Below are positions 1-7,923 of a DNA stretch of 49,015 bases, piece by piece. The DNA is from Clostridia bacterium. Lineage in GTDB: Bacteria > Bacillota > Clostridia > Oscillospirales > CAG-272. Within the stretch, counting starts at the first letter, position 1. Every line of letters starts with the position of its first letter. The notes under the pieces were generated by a model. The model was not told where the DNA came from and ran no database searches. It saw only the letters and a program-made list of their open reading frames with translations. The translations under genes were made by a program, and so were the position numbers. Location of the stretch: the NCBI GenBank assembly GCA_017463665.1, contig JAFTOT010000087.1, positions 71,871 through 120,885 of the forward strand. The letters run 5' to 3'.

Positions 1-315
1 TTCGGTGTTCAGGCGTACCGAATAGCTTCCGTACAGCTCCGCATGCTCCTTGATCTTGAAGGTCGGTGCATCGCTGTGTGCCGCCGCCATGACAAAGGCG
101 CTCGGAGAAGCGTTTGGCACGCGGAATGCGAGGAGCGAGGAGCCGTTGCGGCAGACAAAATACTTGCCGCCGCTTTTCAGCTCCCATTTTTGTGCTTCGA
201 AAAGCTCGGTGTAGCCGTTTTCGGTAAGCATCGTGCGGAAATTGTCTGTCGCATGGTAGCAGCTCGGGCTGCGGCGAATAAAGGCGAGCAGATCGTTTGC
301 CAAGTTGGTTTTCAT
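1..315 (-). CDS. M18-family aminopeptidase, N-terminal fragment (continues beyond window start)
   Basis: The minus frame is open from 816 to 1. It is absent from the ORF track because no stop lies in the window; I checked every in-frame triplet. From ATG 315 it reads MKTNLANDLLAFIRRSPSCYHATDNFRTMLTENGYTEL...AAAHSDAPTFKIKEHAEL, a typical M18 aminopeptidase N-terminus. A purine-rich GGAAAGGGGA lies 5 nt upstream of that ATG. Confidence 0.75.
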   Translation of the reverse strand, partial: MKTNLANDLLAFIRRSPSCYHATDNFRTMLTENGYTELFEAQKWELKSGGKYFVCRNGSSLLAFRVPNASPSAFVMAAAHSDAPTFKIKEHAELYGSYSVRLNTE

Positions 316-816
316 GGGGATCCCCTTTCCATACAAATGTTTTTGAATGCCGCTCCACGCATCCGTCAACCGCGCAAGTGACCACGCCGCGTTGGCAGGG
401 CTGGTGGAGGGAAGTGTAATTGCTTTTCTGCCCGTGACGGGCAGAATGTATTTTTCATAGAGTGCGGCGGCGGTCTTGCCGTTGACATAGATCTCGGCGA
501 TGTCCGCGCCGCTAAGAATGGGGCGAATGTCATTTGCCACCGCATTTTTGATGCTCGCATCGGAGGAGCCTACGATCTCGCAGGAGGCGATCACATCCCA
601 CAGGGCGATGTGCTTTTCGTGCAAAAACGCTTTCTTTTCTGCAATGCTTGCAGGAACAGACGTGCCGACCGCGGCGGCGCATACCCGCCAGAATCGGTTT
701 TGCGGATGCCCGTAGAAAAAGGCGGTCTCGCGGGACTTGACCGACGGAAACGAGCCGAGGATCAAAATCCTGGATCCCGCATCCCACAGCGCAGGGATCG
801 GATGTTCCACCCGCAT
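316..816 (-). CDS. hypoxanthine (deoxyinosine) DNA glycosylase, UDG superfamily; no stop codon before the aminopeptidase frame
   Basis: ATG 816 is preceded by GGAGGTGG with a 4-nt spacer. The protein reads MRVEHPIPALWDAGSRILILGSFPSVKSRETAFFYGHPQNRFWRV...LPSTSPANAAWSL. The GSFPS..S, HPQNRFW and PSTSPAN motifs fit the hypoxanthine-DNA glycosylase family. The frame continues without a stop into ATG 315. Confidence 0.7.
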
Positions 817-842
817 AAATCCACCTCCGTAACAGATTTATA

Positions 843-871
843 TTGACATTTTTTGCAATAAAAGGTATACT
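843..871 (+). promoter_or_regulatory. sigma-A-type promoter for the 906 gene
   Basis: TTGACA (843-848), 17-nt spacer, TATACT (866-871). An AAGGAGGAA RBS at 891-899 precedes ATG 906. Confidence 0.65.
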
Positions 872-905
872 AAAGTAAAGAACCGCTCCAAAGGAGGAAC
901 ACAGC

Positions 906-1496
906 ATGAAATTTTGTATCTATTGCGGTACGCAGCTGGAGGACGATGTGCAGTTTTGCCCAAACTGTGGTGCACCCGTGAACGAACAGCCTGCGCAGAC
1001 CACAACACAGACAACACAGAATACGCAGACCGGGGAGACAGCCTCCGCAGAACAAAACACGGTATTCACCGCCCCCGAGCAGACGGCATTTTCGGCATCG
1101 CCCGTGCAGCCTGTGCAGGATCAAAAATATAACGGATTTGCCATCGCGGCACTTGTCCTCGGTATCGTTTCCTGCGTCGTGTGGGCGTGCTGCCTGAATA
1201 CCATCACCTGTATTCTGGCGATCATCTTCGGTATCGTTGCACTTGTGCAGATCAAGAAGAACAGCCAAAAGGGCAAGGGTATGGCGATCACGGGATTGGT
1301 TCTCGGTATCGTTATGGTGATCGTCTTTGTCGCATTGTTTGCATACACTGTCGTCATGGCTGCGAGTGAAGGCTGGGAAGAAATGTTCGATAGCTACTAC
1401 TACGATGATTATTATTACGATGATTACTACTATGACGATTATTACGACTACGAATTTGATTACAACGACTTTTTAAACGAACTGGACGAAGCATAA
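906..1496 (+). CDS. zinc-ribbon / DUF4190-like membrane protein with C-terminal Tyr/Asp repeat tail
   Basis: The N-terminus CIYCG...CPNCG is a zinc ribbon, followed by a Gln/Thr-rich linker. Two hydrophobic helices follow (FAIAALVLGIVSCVVWA..., ITGLVLGIVMVIVFVALFAY), as in DUF4190. The tail reads YYYDDYYYDDYYYDDYYDYEFDY. The gene has a strong RBS and promoter. Confidence 0.8.
   Translation: MKFCIYCGTQLEDDVQFCPNCGAPVNEQPAQTTTQTTQNTQTGETASAEQNTVFTAPEQTAFSASPVQPVQDQKYNGFAIAALVLGIVSCVVWACCLNTITCILAIIFGIVALVQIKKNSQKGKGMAITGLVLGIVMVIVFVALFAYTVVMAASEGWEEMFDSYYYDDYYYDDYYYDDYYDYEFDYNDFLNELDEA
1395..1463 (+). repeat. in-frame tandem ~15-nt repeat encoding (YYYDD)n
   Basis: TACTACTACGATGAT / TATTATTACGATGAT / TACTACTATGACGAT / TATTACGACTAC. 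The units differ mainly at synonymous positions. Confidence 0.85.
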
Positions 1497-1503
1497 ACGA
1501 TGG

Positions 1504-1530
1504 AAAAGCGGCTGCAATGCAGCCGCTTTT
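1504..1530. terminator. bidirectional intrinsic terminator hairpin
   Basis: AAAA-GCGGCTGC-AAT-GCAGCCGC-TTTT, 8 nt after the stop of the 906..1496 gene. Confidence 0.8.
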
Positions 1531-1559
1531 ATTATATCCGCAAATCAAAACTTTGTCAA
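1531..1559 (-). promoter_or_regulatory. orphan consensus sigma-A promoter on the minus strand
   Basis: The minus strand reads TTGACA (1559-1554), 17 nt, TATAAT (1536-1531). It points into the terminator hairpin and runs antisense to the 906..1496 gene. Confidence 0.4.
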
Positions 1560-1644
1560 CGAGGAGATGCGGCATTTGCGCGATAGGACCGCCATTGCCG
1601 AAATAACATCGGGCAACTTGCCTGCCGATATTGCTTACAATTAC

Positions 1645-1670
1645 AAAGGACGCGCTGCGTCCTTTTTCTT
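1645..1670. terminator. intrinsic terminator hairpin, probable end of the two-component operon
   Basis: GGACGC-GCT-GCGTCC (1648-1662), flanked by AAA on one side and TTTTTCTT on the other. It lies about 40 nt downstream of the minus-strand response regulator stop. Confidence 0.55.
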
Positions 1671-1709
1671 TGTATCGCTTCGGATCATTTTCGGCGGCAC
1701 ACTGCAAAA

Positions 1710-2384
1710 TTATTCCGCAATTTTGTACAGCATGCAGGGGCGACCGCCGGTTTCGTAGTTCATTTGTGCGATGACCTTGCCCGATTCGGCGAGGTAGTTC
1801 ATGTACCGCCTGACGGTTACGCCCGTCAAGCAGACCTTCTCGGCAATGGCATCGCCCGTCAGCCATGCGTCACGATGTTCTTTCAGATGCTCCAAAATCA
1901 GCCGCAGCGTCTTTTCCTGTATACCTTTGGGGTACAGCTCCTCACTCTTTTTACGCGCGTTGTCGATGATAAAATCAATGTTCTTTTGACTCAGTGTGCC
2001 GAGATCTTTGAGCGCATCGGTCTGCGCAATAAACTTATCCAGCGCCATCTGAAACCGATCAAAGGTAAACGGCTTCACCAGATAGTCCACGATGCCGAGA
2101 TGCAGTGCTTCCTCTAGCGAGTCGCGGTCGTTTGCCGCGGTGACCATAATGGCATCCACCGAGATCTGTTTTTTGCGGATCTGCCGCAGAGTTTCAAACC
2201 CGTCCATATACGGCATAAACACGTCCAGAATGAGCAGATCGACATCGTTTTGTTCCAAAAACTCCAGCGCACTTTTGCCGTCCTTGCATTTTCCGACTAC
2301 GCAAAACTGCTTGTTGCGGCGGATATACTGCTCGTTGATCATTGCCACCATCGGATCGTCTTCTGCGATCAATACTTTATACAT
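1710..2384 (-). CDS. response regulator, CitB/DcuR (CitT) family
   Basis: Receiver domain MYKVLIAEDDPMV...DLLILDVFMP...VTAAND plus a C-terminal HTH (LTGDAIAEKVCLTGVTVRRYMNYL). It sits 18 nt downstream of the kinase gene. Confidence 0.85.
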   Translation of the reverse strand: MYKVLIAEDDPMVAMINEQYIRRNKQFCVVGKCKDGKSALEFLEQNDVDLLILDVFMPYMDGFETLRQIRKKQISVDAIMVTAANDRDSLEEALHLGIVDYLVKPFTFDRFQMALDKFIAQTDALKDLGTLSQKNIDFIIDNARKKSEELYPKGIQEKTLRLILEHLKEHRDAWLTGDAIAEKVCLTGVTVRRYMNYLAESGKVIAQMNYETGGRPCMLYKIAE

Positions 2385-2402
2385 GGTTCTATCCTCCGCA
2401 CA

Positions 2403-4043
2403 TTATAGATTCTTGGTAAAACTGATCGAAAAGGAAGTTCCCACGCCCACCTGCGACTCCACGGTGATCTTGCCGCCGAGTCCTTCCACCAGCGTTTTCA
2501 CCTGATACAGCCCTGTGCCTCTGCCTTCGCCTTTGGTGGAGTAGCCGTTTTCAAAGATACGCCCGAGGTCTTCTGCGGGGATGCCCTTGCCCATGTCATC
2601 GACGGTGATCAGAACCGCTCCGGGGCGGGAGTAGATGCCGAACAGCAGTTCCTTCTGTGCTCCGTAATCTTCGCCGCTCTCATTCATGGCGTCAAACGCG
2701 TTGTCGATCAGATTGCCGATGATGGTCACCAGCACTTCGGACGGCAGGGAGAGGGCAGTGCTCGAATAGAAGCAGCCTTCGCGCAGAACAAATTTGATAT
2801 TCAGCTCCGAGGCGCGTGCCGCTTTGCCGATCAGCAGTGCCGCGACTGCGGGTTCGTTTACTGCGTGCATGATCTTGCTGATCGTGGAACGCTGTACGAT
2901 GGTAATGTTCTCGATATAGGAGACCGCCTCGTCGTACATTTCCATTTGGATGAGCCCGAGGATGACGTGCAGCTTGTTGGTGAAATCGTGGTTGTTGGCG
3001 CGCATCGAATCCACGAGGTAACGCGTACCCGTCAGATCCTCCATGAGTTTGGTATATTCGGCTCGATCATGCAGGATGCCCACCGCGCCGATGACGGTAT
3101 CGTCTTCCTTGATCGGGATACGGTCGATCAGGATGTTTGCATTGCCCAGCGCTTGTTCTTGTACATTGAATTCTTTCTCGCCGCTTTGGAGCGTGTGCGC
3201 CAGCAGCGCTCCGCCGCAGACGGCGTCCAGCGGTTGTCCGACGATGCTGTCGCCTGCGTCTTTTTTGATGTTGCTCAGCATTTCGACGGCGGCATGATTG
3301 GCAAACTGCACTGTACCGTCGGCATCCACTGCCAAAATACCTTCGTCCAGCGATTCGAGAATGTTATCGCGGATCTGATACATTGCGGAGAAAACATCCG
3401 GCTCGTAGCCGAGCAGGCTGTCTTTGATCTTTCCCCACAGCTCGGCAGAGATCAAAAGCTCCAGAAGGATTGCCGCGGCGGTGATCAAAACAAATATAAA
3501 AAGCGTTTGCGTCGTCTCACTGTAGATGTTTTTCATCAGCATGATCGCCATGACAAATCCGATATATGCGCCGTTCTCGTCATACACCGCCGCATAGGCT
3601 CTGCGCTGTGTACCCGAGGGGCCGCTGTCGTTGGTGGCGTAGTATTCCTTGGCATTCAGTTCGAACTGCGGCAGTGTGCCGTCATACACGGTGCCGATCA
3701 GCTCGTGATTGGAATGGTACAGACGGATATTGTCACTGCCGACGACCGAAATGACATCAATATCCTCGAGGGTCTCTTTCAGCGAATCGAGGTATTCCGA
3801 AAGCACGACGGAAGCATCCGCGCCGCTTGCGTCCTTTTCGGTAAGGATCGGAGAATGGGCGATCGCCTCGGCAACATTCTGCAAGTTTTGATCTCGCTTC
3901 TCTGTCTCAAAATGAATGTTGATCAGCGTGCCTGCCACGCCCAGAAACAGGGCAAGCGAAATAATCAAAACAAGCTGCGCGCGAATAAAATTCCGTTGGA
4001 TCCCTTTCAGCGTCGTTCGCTCTTTGTGTATCATAAGCACCAC
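2403..4043 (-). CDS. sensor histidine kinase, CitA/DcuS family
   Basis: Two TM segments flank an extracellular sensor region, followed by a PAS-like segment. The H-box reads NHDFTNKLHVILGLI. GHKL ATPase motifs are IGNLIDNAFDAM and GKGIP...GYSTKGEGRGTGLY. Confidence 0.85.
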   Translation of the reverse strand: MVLMIHKERTTLKGIQRNFIRAQLVLIISLALFLGVAGTLINIHFETEKRDQNLQNVAEAIAHSPILTEKDASGADASVVLSEYLDSLKETLEDIDVISVVGSDNIRLYHSNHELIGTVYDGTLPQFELNAKEYYATNDSGPSGTQRRAYAAVYDENGAYIGFVMAIMLMKNIYSETTQTLFIFVLITAAAILLELLISAELWGKIKDSLLGYEPDVFSAMYQIRDNILESLDEGILAVDADGTVQFANHAAVEMLSNIKKDAGDSIVGQPLDAVCGGALLAHTLQSGEKEFNVQEQALGNANILIDRIPIKEDDTVIGAVGILHDRAEYTKLMEDLTGTRYLVDSMRANNHDFTNKLHVILGLIQMEMYDEAVSYIENITIVQRSTISKIMHAVNEPAVAALLIGKAARASELNIKFVLREGCFYSSTALSLPSEVLVTIIGNLIDNAFDAMNESGEDYGAQKELLFGIYSRPGAVLITVDDMGKGIPAEDLGRIFENGYSTKGEGRGTGLYQVKTLVEGLGGKITVESQVGVGTSFSISFTKNL

Positions 4044-4220
4044 TATCTTTCTTCGTTGATACTACCATTATAAAGATATTTGTTGCTTTTGAAAAGACTT
4101 TTGAAAGTAAAATAAACGGTGCAAACCACAAAATTTTGTTTGTATTTTTCATAAAATTGTCTTTCCGAACATGCTGTGTTATTCTGTGTACGAAATCCAA
4201 ACACACGGGAGATGTTGATT

Positions 4221-4517
4221 ATGAGTTCTGTTTTTGAAACGATCATGCTGATCTGCTTTGGTCTGTCCTGGCCGCTGAATGTCATCAAGGCATACAAGGC
4301 GAGAACCGCCAAGGGAACAAGCCTGCCGTTTATCCTTTTGATCATTACCGGATACATCGCAGGCATCACCGCGAAACTGGTCACGCAGCAGATCAACTAT
4401 GTGCTGGTTGTATATCTGCTTAACCTTGCGATCGTATCGCTGAATGTTGCGGTGTACTTCCGCAATGCGGCACTGGACAAAAGCACCAAGAGAATGGAGG
4501 CAGTGAAAAATGCTTGA
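4221..4517 (+). CDS. small 3-TM membrane protein, PQ-loop/SemiSWEET-like (putative)
   Basis: MSSVFETIMLICFGLSWPLNVIKAYKARTAKGTSLPFILLIITGYIAGITAKL... has three hydrophobic helices. I prefer ATG 4221, after GGGAG at 4207-4211, over the ORF-track start at 4176. Confidence 0.45.
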   Translation: MSSVFETIMLICFGLSWPLNVIKAYKARTAKGTSLPFILLIITGYIAGITAKLVTQQINYVLVVYLLNLAIVSLNVAVYFRNAALDKSTKRMEAVKNA

Positions 4518-5109
4518 CAATGCGATCAAAAAGTATACGGCGCTCAACGAGCTTGCAGAGCAGGGAGGCATTGTTATCCTCGGCGGAAGCGCGGATAGGG
4601 ATATCCCCCTTTGCGAGCTGAAACAGGCGTTTGCACTGGATGCAAACCTGTATAATCGAAGCGTAGACGATCTTTCGATCGATACTGCCGCCAAGGTCTA
4701 TGATGCCTGTGTCGCACCTTTGCGCCCCGAAACGGTTCTGCTGCATGTCGGAGCCGCAGATTTGAATTTTTTCGCTGAGCATCCCGCCGAATTCGATCAA
4801 GCCTATCGGGAATTGATCGGACACATCAAAGCGGCAAATCCAAAGGGCAGAATCGTGATCATTTCTCTGAAAAATCCCACGGAAGAGGCAAATATTGCCG
4901 AGATGAACAAGCATCTGCGGTACATCGCCGAGTCTGAGCAATGCGAATACGGCGATATTGCGGCAAAGCGGGTATGGAATCCGAAGCAAACGAAAGATGT
5001 GGTCTCGTTTGTATACTCGACGGGTTTTGTTCGCCCCTTGCACAGCAAGCGTCCGATCTATGACCTTGTCAAGATCCTGTTCTGCTGCGAGGCATCCTGC
5101 ATCGCATAA
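4510..5109 (+). CDS. SGNH/GDSL-fold hydrolase-like protein (putative)
   Basis: GIVILGGSADRD (block I-like) and LLHVGAADL (block III-like). It overlaps the upstream gene by 8 nt. The catalytic motifs look degenerate. Confidence 0.45.
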   Translation: MLDNAIKKYTALNELAEQGGIVILGGSADRDIPLCELKQAFALDANLYNRSVDDLSIDTAAKVYDACVAPLRPETVLLHVGAADLNFFAEHPAEFDQAYRELIGHIKAANPKGRIVIISLKNPTEEANIAEMNKHLRYIAESEQCEYGDIAAKRVWNPKQTKDVVSFVYSTGFVRPLHSKRPIYDLVKILFCCEASCIA

Positions 5110-5113
5110 AACA

Positions 5114-5150
5114 AGTCCTGCGGATGGAGCATTGCTCCATCCGCAGGACT
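5114..5150. terminator. bidirectional terminator (17-bp stem)
   Basis: AGTCCTGCGGATGGAGC-ATT-GCTCCATCCGCAGGACT, located between convergent genes. Confidence 0.8.
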
Positions 5151-5206
5151 TTGCTACTTGACGCTGTTCGGAGGATATGTCAACTGTTTAACAGGGATAC
5201 TTTTGT

Positions 5207-5629
5207 TTACACAAGTGCTGCGCCGAGCGCTTTGCAGGCGGCAGCCGCATCTGCGTCGGGGGCATCGCTGCAGATCACGAAATCGCACGCGAGAACCGCA
5301 CCGTCGTTTTTGCATTGCTCCTCCCAGTTGCGCATCCACTCGCCGTCGCCCCAACCGTAGGAGCCGAACAGTGCGATCTTCTTACCGCCGAGCTTTGCTT
5401 CGCATGCTGAGAACATCGGTTCAAACTCGCTGTCCTCCAGTTCCTCTGCTCCCATAGCCGGGCAGCCGAATGCGATCGCATCAAAGGTGTCCATCATAGA
5501 CGCGTCGAACTCTGCCGAGGTCAGCACTACCGATTCGCCGCCTTTTTCTTTGATACCGTCGGCAACCGCCAAAGCCATAGCCTCGGTATTACCGGTACCG
5601 CTCCAATACACTACTGCAATTTTACTCAT
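5207..5629 (-). CDS. flavodoxin (short-chain)
   Basis: MSKIAVVYWSGTGNTEAMA... is the FMN phosphate-binding T/SGTGNT loop. The protein is 140 aa. Confidence 0.9.
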   Translation of the reverse strand: MSKIAVVYWSGTGNTEAMALAVADGIKEKGGESVVLTSAEFDASMMDTFDAIAFGCPAMGAEELEDSEFEPMFSACEAKLGGKKIALFGSYGWGDGEWMRNWEEQCKNDGAVLACDFVICSDAPDADAAAACKALGAALV

Positions 5630-5668
5630 CGTATATCATCCTTTCAAGATAAATAATATATCTATATA

Positions 5669-6217
5669 TCAACCGAAGACCGTAAGCCGTTCGATAGATT
5701 GACCTTTTGCATACTGCGCCGAATAGACCGCAGTACATTTTTTATATTTGGCAAAGGTTTTCTTTGCCGATTCCGCGTCGCCGTAGACTTTCCATGTGCC
5801 TACGCATTTACAGCACGCTCTGTTTTCGATAAAACCGCAGACATCCTCGGGTGGATAACCGAGAAACAGACCGATCTCATGGGGAAATTCTTCTCCCGTG
5901 CCGAGCCTTTGCATCAGCTCGAAAATACAGCGTGACGGTGTCTCCATGCCGTAACCGCGCTCACGGAGAATTCTGCATGCGGTACGATGCTGCAGATCGC
6001 GGGAAAGCTGCGCGGGGCGATAGACATAGATCAAGGCTTTGTTGTCTTGAAAGCGCAGCGGCAAAAGGCGCAAGCCTTTTTTGCCGAGCTTCGTGTTGAA
6101 GCGGCGCAGAGTTTCGCGCATTTCCGCCTCGCCTGTAAAGCTGCTCACAAACATGTTGGCGGTCTTCATCCCTGCAAGGGTGGGCGAGCAGTGTCTGACC
6201 AAAAGTTCTTCCGACAT
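5669..6217 (-). CDS. DUF3793-family protein
   Basis: The motif HCSPTLAGMKTANMF and overall length match my recollection of DUF3793. It lies between DUF2325 and flavodoxin, as is commonly seen in Clostridia. Confidence 0.6.
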   Translation of the reverse strand: MSEELLVRHCSPTLAGMKTANMFVSSFTGEAEMRETLRRFNTKLGKKGLRLLPLRFQDNKALIYVYRPAQLSRDLQHRTACRILRERGYGMETPSRCIFELMQRLGTGEEFPHEIGLFLGYPPEDVCGFIENRACCKCVGTWKVYGDAESAKKTFAKYKKCTAVYSAQYAKGQSIERLTVFG

Positions 6218-6495
6218 CAGACCGCATGCTCCTCTAAAATATTTTTCAGTGCTGCCATGGAGCTGCTGTGCGAACGTGCGATCTTAATGTTTTGTCCGCG
6301 CGTCTCGCTTAAAGCGCACCGTATCATCTTGTGCGAAACGGTATTGGTAAACAGTACAAGCAGGTCGGGACTGCCGATGTTTTTGAGGCCGTTTGTCATT
6401 TTCGGGTAGACCTTTGCCTTACATTTGTATTCGCTGCACAGATCTTTATATTGGCGCGTCATGCATTCGTTTCCGCCGACAATTACTACACTCAT
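6217..6495 (-). CDS. DUF2325-domain protein
   Basis: MSVVIVGGNECMTRQYKDLCSEYKCKAKVY...FTNTVSHKM. I prefer ATG 6495, 5 nt after GGAGG, over the ORF-track start at 6507. Confidence 0.65.
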   Translation of the reverse strand: MSVVIVGGNECMTRQYKDLCSEYKCKAKVYPKMTNGLKNIGSPDLLVLFTNTVSHKMIRCALSETRGQNIKIARSHSSSMAALKNILEEHAV

Positions 6496-6510
6496 TCTAT
6501 CCTCCATGCG

Positions 6511-6526
6511 GTTAGCAACTGCTAAC
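6511..6526. promoter_or_regulatory. palindromic operator GTTAGC-AACT-GCTAAC (site A)
   Basis: A perfect 6+4+6 palindrome, 16 nt upstream of the DUF2325 start. It is one of five copies in the window. Confidence 0.6.
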
Positions 6527-6576
6527 TCGTCGCTAAAAAAATATAAGGTTAAAACCGGATTACGAAATTATTTTAC

Positions 6577-6622
6577 CAAAGGAAAAGAGCCTTATCTACT
6601 CCAAACGGGTAGAATAAGGCTC
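6577..6622 (-). terminator. intrinsic terminator ending the feo/AraC/HMA operon
   Basis: The minus strand reads GAGCCTTATTCTAC-CCGTTTGGA-GTAGATAAGGCTC followed by TTTTCCTTT, 12 nt after the HMA gene stop. Confidence 0.75.
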
Positions 6623-6633
6623 CAAAAGAGAGA

Positions 6634-6984
6634 TTATTGCATGTCGGTTACAGGGTATCCCGCTTTTTCGATGCGCGCTTTGATCAGCGCATCATCCACA
6701 TCCTCGGCATAGGATACCACTAATGTACCTGTTTTCAGATCGACTTTGCCGCAAACGCCCTGTATATCGTTTACGACTTCTTCGACTCTGTTTTTACAAT
6801 GCTCGCAGTGCATACCGTCTACCTTAAAGGTCTTTTGATAGGCAATGTGCGGCAGCCTTTTCTTTTTCGGCTTATAGTCACCGCCGCAGCAGCAGCCGCC
6901 TTGCCCCTTGAAATGTTTGACTGCCGAAACGATACCGAAGCTGATCGCTATAACGAGTATTGCGATAATGATAAGATTTTCCAT
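6634..6984 (-). CDS. membrane-anchored heavy-metal-associated (HMA) domain protein with Cys-rich juxtamembrane segment
   Basis: MENLIIIAILVIAISFGIVSAV-KHFKGQGGCCCGG... is followed by an HMA fold with GMHCEHC. I prefer ATG 6984, after AAAGGAGAAAGG, over the track start at 7008. Confidence 0.8.
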   Translation of the reverse strand: MENLIIIAILVIAISFGIVSAVKHFKGQGGCCCGGDYKPKKKRLPHIAYQKTFKVDGMHCEHCKNRVEEVVNDIQGVCGKVDLKTGTLVVSYAEDVDDALIKARIEKAGYPVTDMQ

Positions 6985-7004
6985 GTCCTTTCTCCTTTCG
7001 GAAT

Positions 7005-7916
7005 TCAATTGCTTTTTTGATGAACAGCCCGATACTCTCGGGGCGCCATGCCTTTCACTGCGCGGAAGGCACTTGCAAATTTGCTCGAATTATCATAGCC
7101 GTGCGCATTGGCGATCTCGATGATCGGTTTGTCGGAATATTCCAGCATGTAAGCAGCGGATTCCATTTTCTGCGTCTTTATAAAAGCATAATAGGAAACG
7201 CCGTAAACCGCTTTAAACGCGTTCTTTATATTCGTCGCCGAAACATGAAATTTGTTTGCCGCCTGTTCAAGCGTGAACTTTTCGTCCATGTTTTCGGTCA
7301 GGTGCTTTGCCACATCTTTGGCAAGATCGACCTGATACTGCGATATCGAACGGTTCGCGGATGCACTGCCGCTTGCATCAAAGACGCTTAAAAACAGCAT
7401 CAGCTCAAGGATCTTGATCTTAAAATACCCCTGCTGTATCTCGGCGGGTACGTTGTACAGTTCGGAAAAAATATGTTCGACAGACGAATTGGAACGCGCG
7501 ATAAAGTAATCCTTTTCGCCGCAGAATTTCTCCGCGATCCGCCTTGGCTGCACCGCAACATCCCGCAAAAAGCAGGACAGACATTTGGGGGCGGTTTCCG
7601 TATCAATGCGGATCGTGATCCCGTGATAATGGTGAAGCGGAAAGCAGAACGACGGGGAAATACGGTCGGTCTTCGCGATCAGCAGATCGCCGGGAGAGAT
7701 ATAGCAATAATCGGCACCGATGTTGCATTCCATACGACCTTCGCGGCAGTGGAAGATCTCAAAAACTTGATCGGTGACATCTGCATCTGCGTCCGGTATA
7801 GCATTCTGAACATGGGAACTGTAATACGCGATCCGAATGCCGGGGAAGACCGCATGTTCGGTTGCGGTGTATCTGCCGCTCTCGGTGTTTGTATGCGTCA
7901 CATCCATTTGTGCCAT
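7005..7916 (-). CDS. AraC-family transcriptional regulator (N-terminal cupin-like sensor, C-terminal double HTH)
   Basis: The C-terminus TLEQAANKFHVSATNIKNAFKAVYGVSYYAFIKTQKMESAAYML...IANAHGYDNSSKFASAFRAVKGMAPREYR is a typical AraC HTH. ATG 7916 is preceded by AAGGGGG. Confidence 0.85.
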   Translation of the reverse strand: MAQMDVTHTNTESGRYTATEHAVFPGIRIAYYSSHVQNAIPDADADVTDQVFEIFHCREGRMECNIGADYCYISPGDLLIAKTDRISPSFCFPLHHYHGITIRIDTETAPKCLSCFLRDVAVQPRRIAEKFCGEKDYFIARSNSSVEHIFSELYNVPAEIQQGYFKIKILELMLFLSVFDASGSASANRSISQYQVDLAKDVAKHLTENMDEKFTLEQAANKFHVSATNIKNAFKAVYGVSYYAFIKTQKMESAAYMLEYSDKPIIEIANAHGYDNSSKFASAFRAVKGMAPREYRAVHQKSN

Positions 7917-7923
7917 CGCCCCC

